From: the human T2T-CHM13v2.0 reference genome, Homo sapiens
Direction: 5' to 3' (one strand)
Assembly: GCF_009914755.1 (NCBI RefSeq)
Contig: NC_060925.1
Length of the DNA stretch: 64,000 bases
Under the pieces are notes generated by a model. It had not been told where the DNA came from and did not search any database. It was given only the letters and a program-made list of their open reading frames with translations. Of the stretch, positions 58,910 to 64,000 are shown one piece after another. The first letter of the stretch is position 1; every line of letters begins with the position of its first letter. A program made the position numbers and the translations under genes.

Positions 58910-61900
58910 TTGAAACGAATGGAATTATCATGAAATTGAAATGGATGGACTCATCATCGAATGGATTCGAATGGAATCATCGAATAAAATTGATTGAAAT
59001 CATCATCGAATGGAATCGAATGGTATCATTGAATGGAATCGAATGGAATCATCATCAGATGGAAATGAATGGAATCGTCATAGAATGGAATCGAATGGAT
59101 TCATTGAATGGAATCAGATGGAATCATCGAATGGACTGGAATGGAATCATTGAATGGACTCGAAAGGGATCATTATTGAATGGAATTGAATGGAATCATC
59201 GAATGGTCTCGATTGGAATCATTATCAAATGGAATCGAATGGAATCACCGAATAGAATCGAATGGAACAATCATCGAATGCACTCAAATGGAATTATCCT
59301 CCAATGGAATGGAATGGAATTATCGAATGCAATCGAATGGAATTATCGAATGCAATCGAATAGAATCATCGAATGGACTCGAATGGAATCATCGAATGGA
59401 ATGGAATGGAACAGTCAATGAACTCGAATGGAATCATCATTGAATGGAATCGAATGGAATCATCGAGTGGAATCGAATGGAATTATGATCAAATGGAATC
59501 GAATGTAATCATCATCAAATGGAATCAAAAATAACCATCATCAATTGGTATTGAATGGAATTGTCATCAAATGGAATTCAAAGGAATCATCATCAAATGG
59601 AACCGAATGGAATCCTCATTGAATGGAAATGAAAGGGGTCATCATCTAATGGAATCGCATGGAATCATCATCAAATGGAATCGAATGGAATCACCATCAA
59701 ATGGAATCTAATGGAATCATTGAACAGAATTGAATGGAATCGTCATCGAATGAATTGAATGCAATCATCGAATGGTCTCGAATGGATTCATCTTCTAATG
59801 GAAAGGAATGGAATCATCGCATAGAATCGAATGGAATTATCATCGAATGGAATCGAATGGTATCAACACCAAACGGAAAAAAACGGAATTATCGAATGGA
59901 ATCGAAGAGAATCTTCGAACGGACCCGAATGGAATCATCTAATGGAATGGAATGGAATAATCCATGGACTCGAATGCAATCATCATCGAATGGAATCGAA
60001 TGGAATCATCGAATGGACTCGAATGGAATAATCATTGAACGGAATCGATTGGAATCATCATCGGATGGAAACGAATGGAATCATCATCGAATGGAAATGA
60101 AAGGAGTCATCATCTAATGGAATTGCATGGAATCATCATAAAATGGAATCGAATGGAATCAACATCAAATGGAATCAAATGGAATCATTGAACGGAATTG
60201 AATGGAATCGTCATCGAATGAATTGACTGCAATCATCCAATGGTCTCGAATGGAATCATCTTCAAATGGAATGGAATGGAATCATCGCATAGAATCGAAT
60301 GGAATTATCATCGAATGGAATCGAAGGGAATCAACATCCAACGGAAAAAAACGGAATTATCGAATGGAATCGAAGAGAATCATCGAATGGACCCGAATGG
60401 AATCATGTAATGGAATGGAATGGAATAATCCATGGACTCGAATGCAATCATCATCGAATGGAATCGAATGGAATCATCGAATGGACTCGAATGGAATAAT
60501 CATTGAACGGAATCGAATGGAATCATCATCGGATGGAAATGAATGGAATCATCATCGAATGGAATCGAATAGAATTATGGAATGAAATCCAGTGTGATCA
60601 TCATCGAATGGACCCGAAAGGAATCATCATCCAACGGAAGCTAATGGAATCAACATCGAATGAATCGAATGGAAACACCATCGAATTGAAACGAATGGAA
60701 TTATCATGAAATTGAAATGGATGGACTCATCATCGAATGGATTCGAATGGAATCATGGAATAAAATTGATGGAAATCATCATCCAATGGAATCGAATGGT
60801 ATCATTGAATGGAATCGAATGGAATCATCATCAGATGGAAATGAATGGAATCGTCATAGAATGGAATCGAATGGATTCATTGAATGGAATCAGATGGAAT
60901 CATCGAATGGACTGGAATGGAATCATTGAATGGACTCGAAAGGGATCATGATTGAATGGAATTGAATGGAATCATCGAATGGTCTCGATTGGAATCATTA
61001 TCAAATGGAATCGAATGGAATCACCGAATAGAATCGAATGGAACAATCATCGAATGGACTCAAATGGAATTATCCTCCAATGGAATGGAATGGAATTATC
61101 GAATGCAATCGAATGGAATTATCGAATGCAATCGAATAGAATCATCGAATGGACTCGAATGGAATCATCGAATGGAATGGAATGGAACAGTCAATGAACT
61201 CGAATGGAATCATCATTGAATGGAATCGAATGTAATCATCGAGTGGAATCGAATGGAATTATGATCAAATGGAATCGAATGTAATCATCATCAAATGGAA
61301 TCAAAAATAACCATCATCAATTGGTATTGAATGGAATTGTCATCAAATGGAATTCAAAGGAATCATCATCAAATGGAACCGAATGGAATCCTCATTGAAT
61401 GGAAATGAAAGGGGTCATCATCTAATGGAATCGCATGGAATCATCATCAAATGGAATCGAATGGAATCATCATCAAATGGAATCTAATGGAATCATTGAA
61501 CAGAATTGAATGGAATCGTCATCGAATGAATTGAATGCAATCATCGAATGGTCTCGAATGGAATCATCTTCTAATGGAAAGGAATGGAATCATCGCATAG
61601 AATCGAATGGAATTATCATCGAATGGAATCGAATGGTATCAACACCAAACGGAAAAAAACGGAATTATCGAATGGAATCGAAGAGAATCTTCGAACGGAC
61701 CCGAATGGAATCATCTAATGGAATGGAATGGAATAATCCATGGACTCGAATGCAATCATCATCGAATGGAATCGAATGGAATCATCGAATGGACTCGAAT
61801 GGAATAATCATTGAACGGAATCGATTGGAATCATCATCGGATGGAAACGAATGGAATCATCATCGAATGGAAATGAAAGGAGTCATCATCTAATGGAATT

Positions 61901-64000
61901 GCATGGAATCATCATAAAATGGAATCGAATGGAATCAACATCAAATGGAATCAAATGGAATCATTGAACGGAATTGAATGGAATCGTCATCGAATGAATT
62001 GACTGCAATCATCCAATGGTCTCGAATGGAATCATCTTCAAATGGAATGGAATGGAATCATCGCATAGAATCGAATGGAATTATCATCGAATGGAATCGA
62101 ATGGAATCAACATCAAACGGAAAAAAACGGAATTATCGAATGGAATCGAAGAGAATCATCGAATGGACCCGAATGGAATCATCTAATGGAATGGAATGGA
62201 ATAATCCATGGACTCGAATGCAATCATCATCGAATGGAATCGAATGGAATCATCGAATGGACTCGAATGGAATAATCATTGAACGGAATCGAATGGAATC
62301 ATCATCGGATGGAAATGAATGGAATCATCATCGAATGGAATCGAATAGAATTATGGAATGAAATCCAGTGTGATCATCATCGAATGGACCCGAATGGAAT
62401 CATCATCCAACGGAAGCTAATGGAATCAACATCGAATGAATCAAATGGAAACACCATCGAATTGAAACGAATGGAATTATCATGAAATTGAAATGGATGG
62501 ACTCATCATCGAATGGATTCGAATGGAATCATCGAATAAAATTGATTGAAATCATCATCGAATGGAATCGAATGGTATCATTGAATGGAATCGAATGGAA
62601 TCATCATCAGATGGAAATGAATGGAATCGTCATAGAATGGAATCGAATGGATTCATTGAATGGAATCAGATGGAATCATCGAATGGACTGGAATGGAATC
62701 ATTGAATGGACTCGAAAGGGATCATTATTGAATGGAATTGAATGGAATCATCGAATGGTCTCGATTGGAATCATTATCAAATGGAATCGAATGGAATCAC
62801 CGAATAGAATCGAATGGAACAATCATCGAATGGACTCAAATGGAATTATCCTCCAATGGAATGGAATGGAATTATCGAATGCAATCGAATGGAATTATCG
62901 AATGCAATCGAATAGAATCATCGAATGGACTCGAATGGAATCATCGAATGGAATGGAATGGAACAGTCAATGAACTCGAATGGAATCATCATTGAATGGA
63001 ATCGAATGGAATCATCGAGTGGAATCGAATGGAATTATGATCAAATGGAATCGAATGTAATCATCATCAAATGGAATCAAAAATAACCATCATCAATTGG
63101 TATTGAATGGAATTGTCATCAAATGGAATTCAAAGGAATCATCATCAAATGGAACCGAATGGAATCCTCATTGAATGGAAATGAAAGGGGTCATCATCTA
63201 ATGGAATCGCATGGAATCATCATCAAATGGAATCGAATGGAATCACCATCAAATGGAATCTAATGGAATCATTGAACAGAATTGAATGGAATCGTCATCG
63301 AATGAATTGAATGCAATCATCGAATGGTCTCGAATGGATTCATCTTCTAATGGAAAGGAATGGAATCATCGCATAGAATCGAATGGAATTATCATCGAAT
63401 GGAATCGAATGGTATCAACACCAAACGGAAAAAAACGGAATTATCGAATGGAATCGAAGAGAATCTTCGAACGGACCCGAATGGAATCATCTAATGGAAT
63501 GGAATGGAATAATCCATGGACTCGAATGCAATCATCATCGAATGGAATCGAATGGAATCATCGAATGGACTCGAATGGAATAATCATTGAACGGAATCGA
63601 TTGGAATCATCATCGGATGGAAACGAATGGAATCATCATCGAATGGAAATGAAAGGAGTCATCATCTAATGGAATTGCATGGAATCATCATAAAATGGAA
63701 TCGAATGGAATCAACATCAAATGGAATCAAATGGAATCATTGAACGGAATTGAATGGAATCGTCATCGAATGAATTGACTGCAATCATCCAATGGTCTCG
63801 AATGGAATCATCTTCAAATGGAATGGAATGGAATCATCGCATAGAATCGAATGGAATTATCATCGAATGGAATCGAAGGGAATCAACATCCAACGGAAAA
63901 AAACGGAATTATCGAATGGAATCGAAGAGAATCATCGAATGGACCCGAATGGAATCATGTAATGGAATGGAATGGAATAATCCATGGACTCGAATGCAAT
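58910..64000 (+). repeat. Probable 3,552-bp dimer duplication (U34-U35 / U36..., truncated by the window end)
   Basis: Private variants recur at +3,552: tcaCcatc ~59694/~63246, ggaTtcatct ~59787/~63339, cgaaGgg ~60326/~63878 and catGtaa ~60407/~63959. Confidence 0.8.

Larger units (their letters stand above)
1..64000 (+). repeat. Human Satellite II (HSat2/HSATII) tandem array, ~36 copies of a 1,776-bp unit; probably the chr1q12 1.77-kb subfamily
   Basis: Continuous GAATGGAATCGAATGGAATCATCATC-type sequence (reverse complement ATTCC ATTCG ATG, the Sat2 signature). Landmarks recur every 1,776 bp (160, 1936, 3712...). One GAATTC per unit (first at 804-809), consistent with the classical 1.77-kb EcoRI fragment. 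The array runs off both ends of the window. Confidence 0.97.

Noticed and set aside
160-63669. Over 200 plus-strand ORFs of 61-192 aa (MESSSNE..., MKLKW..., MELSS...)
   Set aside because: They are low-complexity translations of the GAATG repeat, overlap in several frames, and are opened or closed by single satellite variants. There is no recognisable domain or gene structure.
1-64000. CRISPR-like repeat/spacer pattern or another prokaryotic system
   Set aside because: There are no unique spacers and no cas or other genes. All sequence is degenerate satellite repeated with a 1,776-bp period.
1-64000. Hidden transposon, viral or unique-sequence insertion
   Set aside because: Every landmark interval is 1,776, 1,781, 1,308 or 2,391 bp, and the extra bases are themselves satellite. 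No Alu/L1 sequence, poly(A) tail or foreign segment was seen.
1-64000. Classification as HSat3 or alpha satellite
   Set aside because: Pure GGAAT runs are short (at most about 4) and the ATC/ATCATC spacers with TCGA are Sat2-type. There is no 171-bp monomer.

Overview
The whole 64 kb window is one uninterrupted, single-orientation tandem array of human Satellite II (HSat2/HSATII). It is read here on the purine-rich GAATG strand and is built from GAATGGAATC(ATC)1-2-type 23/26-bp elements. The main unit is 1,776 bp with one EcoRI site per unit, which matches the known 1.77-kb chromosome 1q12 pericentromeric HSat2 (pUC1.77/D1Z1-type; the chromosome assignment is an inference). About 36 units are present. 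Using the recurring 'atgaaattgaaatgg' landmark, units U1-U36 start at 160, 1936, 3712, 5488, 7264, 9040, 10816, 12592, 14373, 16149, 17925, 19701, 21477, 23253, 25034, 26810, 28586, 30362, 31670, 33446, 35222, 36998, 38774, 40550, 42326, 44107, 45883, 48274, 50050, 51826, 53602, 55378, 57154, 58930, 60706 and 62482. Each unit is about 840 bp of non-duplicated sequence plus two ~97% identical 468-bp subrepeats (A and B). I found no genes, RNA genes, transposons or CRISPR arrays. The ORFs are translation artefacts of the satellite, and the landmark spacing leaves no room for a foreign insertion. I do not see a novel gene system. The interesting signal is array evolution: a near-perfect 10,661-bp six-unit tandem duplication, two 3,552-bp dimer duplications, a 468-bp A/B fusion deletion, a 615-bp insertion of diverged, ancestral-looking satellite, +5-bp units, mosaic subrepeats, and a tri-allelic site inside a DUX4-like motif. 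All comparisons were made by eye.
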